From an uncultured Chloroflexia bacterium (GTDB lineage: Bacteria; Chloroflexota; Limnocylindria; Limnocylindrales; CSP1-4), in contig CAVYIM010000004.1 in NCBI GenBank assembly GCA_963768655.1, positions 608,001-672,000 of the forward strand: a stretch of DNA of 64,000 nt, given 5' to 3'. The position numbers and the translations under genes are program-made. This document shows, one piece after another, positions 1 to 9,497 of this stretch. The notes below the pieces were generated by a model. It was given only the letters and a program-made list of their open reading frames with translations, was not told the origin of the DNA and searched no databases. How positions within the stretch are numbered: the stretch's first letter is position 1; each line of letters starts with the position of its first letter.

Positions 1-7
1 TCCGGCA

Positions 8-310
8 TCACTTCTGCCCTGCGATCAGCTCCATGATGTAGTCCCTCAGCGTCTTCGCGGTCGCATACGGCGATTCGGGCCGCGACATGGCACGATCGTC
101 GGCGAGGCTGACATCCAGTCCATAGTCGAGGTTGAGCGCCGCCTCGACATCAGTGATGACCGAGACGAAACCGAGGGAGTCGATCTCGGCGTCGACGCCG
201 AACAGGGGAGTGGCCAGGGAGACGCGTATGCGGTCATCGGGATCGCGCTCGTCGTTGAGGGAGTCGAGGGCGTGGAGGATGATTGCGTCGACTTCTGCAC
301 TGGTGATCAT
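8..310 (-). CDS. Acyl carrier protein (phosphopantetheine-binding)
   Basis: 100 aa acidic protein from ATG 310 with the LFGVDAEIDSLGFV phosphopantetheine motif (DSL). Its stop overlaps the next ATG (TGATG), so the operon continues off the left edge. Confidence 0.8.
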   Translation of the reverse strand: MITSAEVDAIILHALDSLNDERDPDDRIRVSLATPLFGVDAEIDSLGFVSVITDVEAALNLDYGLDVSLADDRAMSRPESPYATAKTLRDYIMELIAGQK

Positions 311-312
311 GT

Positions 313-900
313 TTATCCCTTGTGTTCGGTTGACTGGCCGCTTCTGGCTGTCGCGATGAGCGCATTCATTCGAGGCAGGGCGACCGTCCGGTATTCTTCT
401 TCGAGCATCCCCACGCAGATTGCGTCCCGGAAGCGACCCCCGATGAAGTAGTGCTGACGGAGCCGCCCCTCCTCCTTCATGCCGAGAAACTTCTGCCACT
501 TGAGCATCAGCCGATTGTCCGCGACCACGGTGCCGTGGACCCTTCTCAACCCCATCTGGTCGAACGCCAGCTGATACAGAAGCTTCATCGATTCGACCGC
601 AACGGGCAATCCTCTCACCGCATCGGGTTCCCCGATGAGGAAGCGCGCGGCTTCGGCTCGCCGGTTCATCTCATCGATGGCAATCAGGGAGAGCATTCCG
701 ACAGGCTGGCCGGAACGGAGCTGGATTACGAAGTTGAGCTCATTGGTCGGTCGCGAGGCGATCCACTCGGCCTGCTCCGCGGCGTTCACGGCGCCGCGAT
801 TTAGAAGAGCCCCCCGGTCGCTCCGGCGCCAGGCGAGCGTGAGCTCGGCATCGTCGATCCGGAGCGGTCGAAGGACGACATACTGTCCGCAGAGCTCCAT
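313..900 (-). CDS. GNAT/RimJ-family N-acyltransferase (PseH-like)
   Basis: VVLRPLRIDD start, AFDQMGLRRVHGTVVADN and GMKEEGRLRQH are typical of Acetyltransf_3. GGAG RBS upstream of ATG 900. Confidence 0.8.
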   Translation of the reverse strand: MELCGQYVVLRPLRIDDAELTLAWRRSDRGALLNRGAVNAAEQAEWIASRPTNELNFVIQLRSGQPVGMLSLIAIDEMNRRAEAARFLIGEPDAVRGLPVAVESMKLLYQLAFDQMGLRRVHGTVVADNRLMLKWQKFLGMKEEGRLRQHYFIGGRFRDAICVGMLEEEYRTVALPRMNALIATARSGQSTEHKG

Positions 901-988
901 TTCGACGGATCTCCGGTTGTGCGCGATCCCTTTCAGGCCGGGCCACAACGTGACGGTGCCACGGGGTCCCGTCTTCGGCCGCGGCTGG

Positions 989-994
989 ATTATA
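989..994 (-). promoter_or_regulatory. sigma70 -10 box (TATAAT) for the GNAT-ACP operon
   Basis: Perfect TATAAT on the minus strand about 90 nt upstream of ATG 900, in a very GC-rich background. Confidence 0.55.
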
Positions 995-1030
995 GGGCCG
1001 GAAACGATGGTGCCCTGATCGACCTCTTGT

Positions 1031-1474
1031 TCAGGCTCCGCGAGCGAGGACCGCGGGCAGGCGCTCCTGATCGTGCTCGCGAGAGCCGAGCTGCTCGCGG
1101 ACCAGATCGAGGAAGTGGTGCAGCCGGAACGGTTTGAGGATCAGGCCGTTGGCGCCCGAGTCGCGGGCTGCCGCCTCGTCCGGTGACTGGCCCGTCAGGA
1201 TTAGGACGCGCATCCCCGTGAGAGACGGGCAGCGGCGCAGATCGGCGGTGAGCCGGTAGCCATCACGATCCGGCAGCCCCACATCCACGATTGCCAGAAC
1301 CGGTCGATACTGCAGGGCCAGAGCCTCTCCCTCCGCCGCCGTGTGGGCGGTCAGGAGGTGAACCCTCAGGCCGCGCAGGGCGGCTTCCAGAGCGCCATGG
1401 ACGTACTCGTCATCGTCCACGATCAACACTGCAGGTGAGTGGTTCCCCGCGTGGAGCGGTGTGGGAGTTGTCAT
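1031..1474 (-). CDS. Single-domain response regulator (receiver)
   Basis: VLIVDDD, AIVDVGLPDRDG, LILTG and LILKPF receiver motifs. Confidence 0.85.
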   Translation of the reverse strand: MTTPTPLHAGNHSPAVLIVDDDEYVHGALEAALRGLRVHLLTAHTAAEGEALALQYRPVLAIVDVGLPDRDGYRLTADLRRCPSLTGMRVLILTGQSPDEAAARDSGANGLILKPFRLHHFLDLVREQLGSREHDQERLPAVLARGA

Positions 1475-1626
1475 ACGCCCCGGAGGGTAGCCCACGACCG
1501 AGGGATCTGGAATGCTGCGTTTGCATGGTCTTGGGCAGGACCCCGAGCGGCGCGGAAGCGGACTTCCGCGCCGTGGACGGCCCGGTCGTGCGGGCCCGGC
1601 GGGCCCAGGCGTCGCCGGCAGTGGAT

Positions 1627-2469
1627 CTACCCGGGGCGCCTGTAGAAGGTGAGCCCAGCCGGCTCGAGGCCGACCGCCCGGGCGTTTGGGATCGACTCGG
1701 TGGCCCCGAGGAAGAGAACTCCGCCCGGCCGAAGCGCGTCGCAGAAGCGCCGGTACAGGTCGATCTTGGCCTGCTCGGTGAAGTAGATCACGACGTTTCG
1801 GCAGCAGATCAGGTCGAACGGCTTCTCGTAGACATCCTTGAGAAGGTCATGTCGCCCGAAGGTGACCAGGGCCTTCAGCTCCGGCTTCACCTCCCATTTG
1901 CCCTCGTTGGGTCGGAAGAAGTGAGTCCGGCGCGCATCCGAGACGCCCGCCATCTGGGCCTCCGTGTAGGTCGCCAGCCTGGCTCGAGACAGAATCGTGT
2001 CGTCGAGGTCGGTGGCCAGGATTCGGACAGACGTGGCTGGCGCGATCTCGCGGACCAGCATCGCCAGGCTGAAGGGCTCGTACCCGAGCGAACAGCCGGC
2101 ACTCCAGATCCGAACCGAGAGCTGACTGCGCAGCATCGGCTTCAGGTGTCGATCGACCAGGGTGTCCCAGGCCTCCGGGTTCCGGAAGAACTCGCTGACA
2201 TTGATGGTCAGCATGTCCAGGAATGCCTGTCGCAGAACGACGTCCTGGCGTGCCCGTGCGACCAGAACATCGGAGTCGGCCAGCCCGCGGGCTGTGGCGA
2301 AACCGTTCACTCGGCGCCAGACCTGTGCCGGCTTGTACTGGCCGAGGTCGATCCCCAGCAGGCTGCGGACCTCTCGCGCGAGCCGCTCGTAGGCGACGGT
2401 GTCGAGCTCGGGGATCGGCGCGAATGCGGGCAGAATGGCAGGTCGTTCGCGGCGTGGCGGAGTCTCCAT
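1627..2469 (-). CDS. cheR: Chemotaxis protein-glutamate methyltransferase CheR
   Basis: LTINVSEFFRN, IWSAGCSLGYEPFS, ATDLD and FDLICCRNVVIYF motifs. Confidence 0.95.
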   Translation of the reverse strand: METPPRRERPAILPAFAPIPELDTVAYERLAREVRSLLGIDLGQYKPAQVWRRVNGFATARGLADSDVLVARARQDVVLRQAFLDMLTINVSEFFRNPEAWDTLVDRHLKPMLRSQLSVRIWSAGCSLGYEPFSLAMLVREIAPATSVRILATDLDDTILSRARLATYTEAQMAGVSDARRTHFFRPNEGKWEVKPELKALVTFGRHDLLKDVYEKPFDLICCRNVVIYFTEQAKIDLYRRFCDALRPGGVLFLGATESIPNARAVGLEPAGLTFYRRPG

Positions 2470-2477
2470 CGGTGTAG

Positions 2478-2505
2478 GTATCGGCTGGCCGGTCGCCGGA
2501 TTTGA
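2478..2505 (-). promoter_or_regulatory. sigma28-like promoter of cheR (probably leaderless)
   Basis: TCAA-N16-GCCGATAC, 8 nt upstream of ATG 2469. Resembles the FliA/SigD consensus TAAA-N15-GCCGATAA. Confidence 0.65.
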
Positions 2506-2519
2506 CCGTGCGGCCGATC

Positions 2520-2546
2520 TCAAGGGGGTTCGGATGGTACCGACAC
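2520..2546 (+). promoter_or_regulatory. sigma28-like promoter of the HD-GYP gene
   Basis: TCAA-N15-ACCGACAC, back-to-back with the cheR promoter. Confidence 0.55.
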
Positions 2547-2586
2547 CTCCTGTGGGCACTCAGCCCCGCCCGCCTGTCGAGCAGCC

Positions 2587-3630
2587 ATGTCAGTTCAACC
2601 GGTCATCACCGCCGCCCCGCCAGGATTCGAGCCCGTTCCGGCCCGAGTCCTGACCGACATCGACACGCTGCCCTGCGACCTCTACATCTGGCGCGGGCCG
2701 CGGCCGATCCTCTACGCCATGCGAGGCGGCGACCTGCGGCGTGTCATCGCCCGGGCCCAGCGCGGGATGTCGTTCCTGGTTCGCGAGATCGATGCCGACC
2801 TGCTCCACGGAGCCCTGGCCGCGTCGCTGCCGCGGGTGCTCGCCAACCAGCACATGTCGCCCATCGAGCGCAGCAAGACGGCCTATTCGATCGCCGCCAA
2901 AGTGCTGGCCCCGGTCTTCATGCGCGAGCGGCCGCTCGACCACGACGGCCTGATGATGACCCAGAACACCATCGACGCCATCACGTTCCGCATGCTGGAG
3001 GACGAGGATCTGGTGTGGGCCATGGTCGCCACGATGCAGAAGCACACGGCGACGCACACGCACGCCATCAACTCCGCCGTATACGGCATCGTTCTCGCCC
3101 GCTTCACCCGATTCGGTGGGTCGCAGGAGATTCGAGACGTGGCCCGTGGCGGCCTCCTCCACGACATCGGCAAGAACCGCGTGCCCAAAGTGATACTGGA
3201 CAAGCCGGGGCCGCTCGATGCCGTCGAGTGGCAGGTCATGCGAGGCCACGCCAAGGCCGGCACCGACATGATCGTGCGTGCCCTCGGCTACGCTCCCTCC
3301 TACGCCCACATCATTTCCGAGCACCACGAGCGCTGCGACGGGTCGGGCTATCCGGCTTCGCGCGCCGGGTCCCAGATCGCCCTGGACAGCCAGGTCGTGG
3401 CCATCGTCGACGCCTTCGACGCGCTGACTTCTCGCCGGCCGTACAAGACGGCCGTGACCGCCTTCGAGGCCCTGCACCTGATGCGGGTGGCGATGCGCGG
3501 CCAGTTCAACGACGAGCTGCTGCGGGACTTCATCAAGCTCCTGGGCGGCTGGAACGCCCTGAGCGGCGGCAGCATCTCCGGCGAGGTCTCCAACCCCGAT
3601 CTGGTGGGCAGCCTCCGGGTCGCGGGGTAG
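2587..3630 (+). CDS. HD-GYP domain c-di-GMP phosphodiesterase
   Basis: LLHDIGK, HHERCDGSGYP and DAFDALTSRRPYK motifs. Confidence 0.92.
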   Translation: MSVQPVITAAPPGFEPVPARVLTDIDTLPCDLYIWRGPRPILYAMRGGDLRRVIARAQRGMSFLVREIDADLLHGALAASLPRVLANQHMSPIERSKTAYSIAAKVLAPVFMRERPLDHDGLMMTQNTIDAITFRMLEDEDLVWAMVATMQKHTATHTHAINSAVYGIVLARFTRFGGSQEIRDVARGGLLHDIGKNRVPKVILDKPGPLDAVEWQVMRGHAKAGTDMIVRALGYAPSYAHIISEHHERCDGSGYPASRAGSQIALDSQVVAIVDAFDALTSRRPYKTAVTAFEALHLMRVAMRGQFNDELLRDFIKLLGGWNALSGGSISGEVSNPDLVGSLRVAG

Positions 3631-3902
3631 GGGAGTCTCGGCCGGGCGAGTGTGCCAGTCCCAGTGAGAAGGGCAGCCGTGGGGCGAGGCCGTAGGGCAT
3701 GCCCGACGAATTCTCGGCCGGGACGATAACGGTGGGAAGGGGTCCGGCGGCGACCGACGTAGGAGGCGACGGGAGCAGCACGCGAGCGAGACACAATCGT
3801 GAGCGAAGCGAGCGTTTGCGCCGACCGAGCCTGCGTCCTGCCGCCTGATCCCCGCCACTGCGTGAACTTCCCCAGCGCCGGAGGCGCATGAACCGCCCCG
3901 AA

Positions 3903-4085
3903 TCAGCAAGCGGGACCGAACGCCAGCTCGCGGAAAGATTCCGTCATCCACACCTGGTCGGAGTGTTGGACACGGACTCCGTGCATGGCTCGCCGATCTG
4001 AGACCACTGCGAGGGCTTCATCACGCTCGGCCGAGCGGGGGGCGGTAACCTCTGGACCCATCTCGCTCGCCTCGGACGGCTTCAT
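3903..4085 (-). CDS. Possible small hypothetical protein (60 aa)
   Basis: MKPSEASEM...WMTESFRELAFGPAC lies in the 650-bp gap. A weak sigma28-like CCAG-N16-GCAGATAC sits upstream (4110-4137). Confidence 0.3.
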   Translation of the reverse strand: MKPSEASEMGPEVTAPRSAERDEALAVVSDRRAMHGVRVQHSDQVWMTESFRELAFGPAC

Positions 4086-4284
4086 TCGCGTGCAACACGC
4101 CTGGGGGGCGTATCTGCAAGAAACGCGGCCCACCTGGTTCGATCGCTGCCGCTCGGCCGATCCGGAACGCCGACCGATGCGGCAGGCAGGGGCGGTAGGC
4201 GTCCGGCCGTCAGGCAGTCAGGCCTCGGGCCGGCGACAGCCCCCAAGGAGCCGCCCCTTCGTCGCGAGCCCCCGCGAGCCCAGG

Positions 4285-6711
4285 TCAGGCGACCCTGGAA
4301 TCAGACACCGCGACGACGGCCGCGACCTTCGCCTCGACTGAGGCGGTGCGTTCCAGCAGGGCTGCGATGTCCACGACCAGCCCGACCGAGCCGTCCGCCA
4401 TCACCGTCGCCCCGGCCAGGCCTTTGCGCTCGCCCGCGAGCCTGTTCAGGGACTTGAGCACGATCTCGTGCTGGCCGACGAAGGCGTCGACGGCGAGGGC
4501 CATCTCGGTGCCGCGCGACCGCACGACCACGAGGTTGACGAAGCCCCTCTCGTTCGTGACCAGGGGCCGAGACGGGTCGCCCAGGGCGTTGTCGAGCTGC
4601 TCCACCGGGATGACGCGGTCTCGCAGCGTGAGGACGTTGTGGCCCCGAACCCTGCCGAAGCTCCGCGGCTCCACGCGGAGCGTCTCGACCACGCCCGTCA
4701 GTGGCAGAGCGCACACGCGCGAGCCGGACTTGACGAGCAGGGCGCTGATGATCGCCAGCGTCAGCGGCAACGACAGCGAGACCTTCGTGCCGGCTCCGGC
4801 CGTGCTCGAGACGTCGACCCAGCCGCCCAGGCGCTCGATGTTGTTGCGGACGACATCCATGCCGACGCCCCGGCCGGAAACCTCGGTGACCACCTTTGCG
4901 GTCGAGAAGCCGGGCATGAAGATGACGCGCAGGATTTCGGCGTCGCCGGCCGCCTCGGCCGCCTCGCGAGTCATCAGCCCCTTTTCGACCGCCGCCCGGC
5001 GCAGCGCTTCCGGATCCATGCCCCGGCCATCGTCCTCGACCGTGATCAGGATCCGGCCATCGGCGTGACGCGCCGTGAGGCGGACCGTGCCCGGCAGCGG
5101 CTTGCCCGCGGCCAGGCGCTCGGCGGTCGACTCGACGCCGTGGTCGAGGGCGTTGCGGACGAGGTGGCCCAGCGGGTCGCCCACCTCCTCGAGCACGGAG
5201 CGGTCCAGCTCCGTCTCCTTGCCCTCGATGATGAGCTGGACGTCCTTGTCGAGCCTGGCGGCGATGTCGCGCACGACCCGCGGGAAGCGGTTGAAGACGG
5301 TCTCGATCGGCAGCATGCGCAGGCCGGTGACCTGATCCTGTAGCTGACCGGCGATGCGGGCGAATTGCTGGCTGTCCTCGTCGGCCTGGCGGGCCAGCGG
5401 GTCGTCGCCGAGACGAAGGGCCAGCTCCTGGGAGCTCCGCTGCAGCCTGGTCTTGTGGACGACCAGCTCGCCGACGAGGTTCATCAGCTCGTCCAGGCGA
5501 GTCACGTCGATTCGGATCGTCTGCTGGGCGGCCTTGAGGCGGTCCCCTGCGACGGCCATCCGCTCGCCGGGCGGCAGCCCGCGGGCCTCCGCGCCTAAGT
5601 CGGCCTGGCGGCGCTCCGCCGTGGGCGGGCCCGCCTCCTCGCGGTCGTCTTCACGCTCGGCACCCAGCGGAGCCGGAATCTCCCCTGGGCCGTAGACCTC
5701 GACGCTCGACGCCATGCCCGGGGCTTCGTCTTGGCCGGCCGTCAGCGGGGCCGCGACCATCTCCACGCTCACCACGTCGTCGATCGCAGCCATGCGGCCG
5801 CGCAGATCGGTCAGCTCGACCGGCCGGCCCCGGGCGAGGATAGTCAGCAGGGATGAGCCGAGGCCACTCTCGATCTCGTCGCGATCCGGCACGGAGTGGA
5901 TCAGGGCGCCTGCGTCGTCGACCTCGAGCACGAGCTGCAGCAGGCGCACGGCCTGCCACTCGCTGGTGGGGTCGATCCGGCAGACGAGGAGCGAGCGTGC
6001 CTCGAAGCCGCCGGGAGCGTCGCACAGGAGCCGCTGGATCAGCGGCGCGATGGCGACGTTCGTGACACCGCCTTCGGCCTGGCCGGGTGCGCTGGCGGGC
6101 GCCGCGCCTCCGTCGGCCCTCTCGTCGGGCGTGGCTGCAGGCGGGTCCCCCGAATCCGCTGCCGGAGCCGGAGGAGCCGTCCGTGGGGCCGGCGGCGGAC
6201 CCGTGGATGCTCGTGCCGGCTGAGGCGTTCGAGCCGTGGTCGCCGGCTGAGGCGTTCGAACCGCGGTCGCCGGCCCTGCCGACGATCTGGCCGACGATCT
6301 GGCCGCCGCTGCAGCCGTGGCCGTGGAGAGCAGCTCGCGGAGCTGCCTGGTCAGCGGTTCGGGTGCGTCGGTGAGGATCTCGCCCTCCTGGACCTCGGCT
6401 ACGAGGGAGCGGAGGACGTCGATCGTCGAGAGCAGGACGTCTGCAAACGGCTTGACCTCGTGGAGCGTCCCGCTTCGGAAGGCTCCGAAGAGGTCCTCCA
6501 TCGCGTGTGTCAGCTCGGCCATTCGGCGATGACCGATGGTCGCCGCGGAGCCCTTGAGAGTGTGTGCCGCCCGGAAGACCTCGTTGACCACGCCGCCGTC
6601 TATGCCGCGTTCGAGTGTCAGCAGGCCTTGCTCGATGCGTTCGATCTGCTCCAGCGACTCGTCCGTGAACAGACGGTCGTCGCCGGGCTGCAGATCGAAC
6701 GTGAGGGGCAT
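4285..6711 (-). CDS. cheA: Chemotaxis histidine kinase CheA
   Basis: Hpt FRAAHTLKGS, dimerisation IRIDVTRLDELMNLVGELV, HATPase HLVRNALDHG/DDGRG/SGRGVGMDVV, and a C-terminal CheW domain. Confidence 0.97.
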   Translation of the reverse strand: MPLTFDLQPGDDRLFTDESLEQIERIEQGLLTLERGIDGGVVNEVFRAAHTLKGSAATIGHRRMAELTHAMEDLFGAFRSGTLHEVKPFADVLLSTIDVLRSLVAEVQEGEILTDAPEPLTRQLRELLSTATAAAAARSSARSSAGPATAVRTPQPATTARTPQPARASTGPPPAPRTAPPAPAADSGDPPAATPDERADGGAAPASAPGQAEGGVTNVAIAPLIQRLLCDAPGGFEARSLLVCRIDPTSEWQAVRLLQLVLEVDDAGALIHSVPDRDEIESGLGSSLLTILARGRPVELTDLRGRMAAIDDVVSVEMVAAPLTAGQDEAPGMASSVEVYGPGEIPAPLGAEREDDREEAGPPTAERRQADLGAEARGLPPGERMAVAGDRLKAAQQTIRIDVTRLDELMNLVGELVVHKTRLQRSSQELALRLGDDPLARQADEDSQQFARIAGQLQDQVTGLRMLPIETVFNRFPRVVRDIAARLDKDVQLIIEGKETELDRSVLEEVGDPLGHLVRNALDHGVESTAERLAAGKPLPGTVRLTARHADGRILITVEDDGRGMDPEALRRAAVEKGLMTREAAEAAGDAEILRVIFMPGFSTAKVVTEVSGRGVGMDVVRNNIERLGGWVDVSSTAGAGTKVSLSLPLTLAIISALLVKSGSRVCALPLTGVVETLRVEPRSFGRVRGHNVLTLRDRVIPVEQLDNALGDPSRPLVTNERGFVNLVVVRSRGTEMALAVDAFVGQHEIVLKSLNRLAGERKGLAGATVMADGSVGLVVDIAALLERTASVEAKVAAVVAVSDSRVA
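6215..6301. repeat. Tandem repeats in the CheA linker (2x27 bp, 2x12 bp)
   Basis: GCCGGCTGAGGCGTTCGA(G/A)CCG(T/C)GGTC twice and GCCGACGATCTG twice. Both are in frame and encode the Pro/Ala/Thr linker. Confidence 0.85.
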
Positions 6712-6712
6712 C

Positions 6713-7177
6713 TCACGCCGCCTCTCGCAGCGCCACGTGCAGCTTCACTTCTCCGAAGCCCGTGGTGAGCGGCACCACGAGGCGCTGGATCTCGACGGTC
6801 GAAAGACGGGCTCCCCTGCCAACCAGGACCAGCGGCGGGTTGATCAGCGTCTCGATGCCCTCTTCGGCCAGGCCGATGCCGGCCGTCCCGGCGATGACGT
6901 TCGCCATCTCCGCGATGCCGCTCTGGCCCAGCTCGTCGAGCTCGCTCGTCTCCTGGCCGAGGATGGCGCCGATCATCTTGAGCGCCGTCGGCTCGGCCAT
7001 CGAGAGGTACAGGGAGCCCGTCAGCGACCCGCTGATGCCGATCACGGCGGTCACGTCTTCGGTGGTGTAGGGGTTGCCTTCAAGCAGAAGGCCACCCCGC
7101 TTCGCCGCAATGCCGGTCTCCTTGCCGATGACATCGAGAGCCGCCTGAACGTAGCGGTTGACGATCTGAACTCTCAT
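6713..7177 (-). CDS. cheX: CheY-P phosphatase CheX
   Basis: IGISGSLTG, SGIAEMANVIAG (ExxN) and INPPLVLVG motifs. Confidence 0.9.
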   Translation of the reverse strand: MRVQIVNRYVQAALDVIGKETGIAAKRGGLLLEGNPYTTEDVTAVIGISGSLTGSLYLSMAEPTALKMIGAILGQETSELDELGQSGIAEMANVIAGTAGIGLAEEGIETLINPPLVLVGRGARLSTVEIQRLVVPLTTGFGEVKLHVALREAA

Positions 7178-7180
7178 GGC

Positions 7181-7666
7181 TCAGGCCGCTCCCGCCAGGG
7201 CGCTCTGCTCCTCGCGCCCGAAGAGACCGTCGAGCTCCAGCAGGAGGACCAGGCGATCGCCGAGCTTGGCGATGCCGCGCAAGTACTCCGCGTCCGCCCC
7301 CGCCGCGACCTCCGGCGTCGGCTCCACGGCGTCGAGCGGCAGAAGGAGCACTTCCGAAACGCTGTCCACGATCAGGCCGACGCGGGTGGAGCTGCTCTCG
7401 GCGACGACGATTCGGGTCTCCTTGGTCGGGTCGGCCTCGGGCATGCCGAAGCGGCCACGCAGGTCAACCACGGGAATGATCCTGCCGCGCAGGTTGATGA
7501 CTCCCTTCACGAATTCGGGTGCTCTCGGCACCGGCGTGATCGGCTGGTGACGGATGATCTCGAACACTCGGGCGATGTCCAGGCCGTAGTGCTCGTCCGC
7601 GAGCTCGCAGACGACGATCTGCAGCTCCCCAGAGCGACTGCCGCCGGAGGTTGGCTTCTCGGCCAC
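7181..7666 (-). CDS. cheW: Chemotaxis adaptor CheW
   Basis: ITPVPRAPEFVKGVINLRGRIIPVVDL motif. GTG 7666 has an AAGGAG RBS. Confidence 0.95.
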   Translation of the reverse strand: MAEKPTSGGSRSGELQIVVCELADEHYGLDIARVFEIIRHQPITPVPRAPEFVKGVINLRGRIIPVVDLRGRFGMPEADPTKETRIVVAESSSTRVGLIVDSVSEVLLLPLDAVEPTPEVAAGADAEYLRGIAKLGDRLVLLLELDGLFGREEQSALAGAA

Positions 7667-7723
7667 GGCGCTATCTCCTTTTTGTGCCGCCGGACACGAT
7701 CCGGCTGCGAGCTCTTCGATTAG

Positions 7724-7750
7724 GTATCGGTCCCGGGTGGGCGATAGTGA
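7724..7750 (-). promoter_or_regulatory. Internal sigma28-like promoter for cheW-cheX-cheA
   Basis: TCAC-N15-ACCGATAC in the cheB-cheW gap. Confidence 0.5.
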
Positions 7751-7776
7751 GTGGGTGGGACCCTCGATCGGCCGCC

Positions 7777-9030
7777 TCACGAGGCGAGGGCGGGTCGGTC
7801 CGGGTCGGAAGCGGGCCCGTGCCCGGAGCCCACGACGAGGTCCCGGTCTCGAGCCGAGTCGGACCGTCGGTCCGAGTTGCACCAGGCTTCGATGCTGTCG
7901 GCGATCTTGTGCAGCGGCAGAATCTGGTCCGACAGGCCGGCCTCCGCGACCGCGGCGGGCATGCCGTAAATCGTCGCCGTGGCGGCGTCCTGGGAGATGA
8001 CTGTGCCACCGTGCTGCTTCACGGCGCGCGCGCCCTCACGGGCGTCGCAGCCCATCCCCGTCAGGACGACGCACATCAGCCGCTCGCGCCAGATTGGGGC
8101 TACCGCCTGCAGCGTGACATCGGCGGCAGGGCGCACGCCGTTCACCGGCGGGAGGCTGACGAGCTGGACGTGACCGCTCGTGCCGCAGATCAGGTGGAAG
8201 TCGCCGGGCGCCACGAGGATCTCGCCCTCCGCCAGGACATCGTCGCCGGCGGCCTCCGAGCAGGGCAGCAGGCCGGCCGACTCGAGGCGGGCGGCGAGCG
8301 ACGAGGTGAAGCCGGGGGGCATGTGCTGGACGATCGCGACGGCCGCTCCCAGATCGGCGGGTAGCCCTTTCACCACGGCGTGCAGGGCGCTCGGACCGCC
8401 CGTCGAGGAGGCGATCACGACCAGCTTGTGGGCGGCGATCCTGGATCCGGCCCTGGCCCTCCTCTCGCGTGCGGGGGCTGCCATGGCGGGCAGCGATCGA
8501 AGCCCGGAGCCACCCTGCGTCTGCGCGTCGGCCACCGCCGATTGGGCCGCCGCGTTCAGGCGAGCCCGGTTGTTGATCACCGTCAGGTTCATTGCCGCCA
8601 CCTGACGGTGGCGCAGGAAGGCGGCTTCCGACATCCCGGCGGCGGCTCGGATCTTGGCGACCAGATCGTCTCCAACGCGGCCGATGTCGATCGAGAGCGA
8701 TCCGGACGGCTTGGACACGAAGTCGATCGCGCCATACTCGAGCGAGTCGAGCGTGGTCCGAGCATTCTCCGTCGTCAGGCTCGAAAGCATCACCACCCGT
8801 GTCGGCGTCTCGAGCATCAGGCGCTTGAGCATGCCCAGGCCGTCGAGAACGGGCATCTCCACGTCGAGCGTGATGACGTCCGGCCGCAGCTCGCCGGCGA
8901 GCCGGAGCCCTTCCTCGCCGTTGGAGGCGGCGCCGACGATCTCGATGTCGGGCGCCTCGACGAGCAGGCGGCCCAGAGAATGGCGCATGAACGCCGAGTC
9001 GTCGACGATCAGGACGCGAATCTGGCCCAT
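7777..9030 (-). CDS. cheB: Chemotaxis methylesterase CheB (REC + esterase)
   Basis: N-terminal receiver plus the catalytic triad motifs SSTGGP, VQHMP and LTGMGCD. Confidence 0.95.
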   Translation of the reverse strand: MGQIRVLIVDDSAFMRHSLGRLLVEAPDIEIVGAASNGEEGLRLAGELRPDVITLDVEMPVLDGLGMLKRLMLETPTRVVMLSSLTTENARTTLDSLEYGAIDFVSKPSGSLSIDIGRVGDDLVAKIRAAAGMSEAAFLRHRQVAAMNLTVINNRARLNAAAQSAVADAQTQGGSGLRSLPAMAAPARERRARAGSRIAAHKLVVIASSTGGPSALHAVVKGLPADLGAAVAIVQHMPPGFTSSLAARLESAGLLPCSEAAGDDVLAEGEILVAPGDFHLICGTSGHVQLVSLPPVNGVRPAADVTLQAVAPIWRERLMCVVLTGMGCDAREGARAVKQHGGTVISQDAATATIYGMPAAVAEAGLSDQILPLHKIADSIEAWCNSDRRSDSARDRDLVVGSGHGPASDPDRPALAS

Positions 9031-9115
9031 CGAGAGCTCCCGATTTCCACTGGGCGGCAGACCCGAGAAGGCGCCGCGCCGGAGCTGCGCGGAACCTCCG
9101 GGAAAGACGGCGCCG

Positions 9116-9475
9116 CTAGGCGGCCAGAAGCTTGTTCACGGCCGCGAGGACGCGGTCGGGCGCGAACGGCTTGACTACGAAGTCCCGCGCGCCGCGCTTG
9201 ATCGCGTCCATGACGATCGCCTGCTGGCCCATGGCCGTCAGCATTGCGATCCTGGCGTGGGGATCTTTCGAACGTATCTCGGCCAGCGCCTCGAGGCCGT
9301 CCATCTCGGGCATGGTGATGTCCATGAGAACGCAGTCGGGTCGTTCGCGGAGGTAGACCTCGACCGCGAGCCGGCCGTTCTCCGCCTCGAGCACCTGGTG
9401 GCCCGCCTCCACGAGCAGCTTCGCCGCCCGCAGACGCATGAACGCCGCGTCGTCGACGACGAGGATCTTTGCCAT
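9116..9475 (-). CDS. cheY: Chemotaxis response regulator CheY
   Basis: MAKILVVDDAAFMR...LMDITMPEMDG...FVVKPF, a Bacillus/Thermotoga-type CheY. Confidence 0.93.
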   Translation of the reverse strand: MAKILVVDDAAFMRLRAAKLLVEAGHQVLEAENGRLAVEVYLRERPDCVLMDITMPEMDGLEALAEIRSKDPHARIAMLTAMGQQAIVMDAIKRGARDFVVKPFAPDRVLAAVNKLLAA

Positions 9476-9497
9476 CGCGGTGCTCCTACTACTCGTG

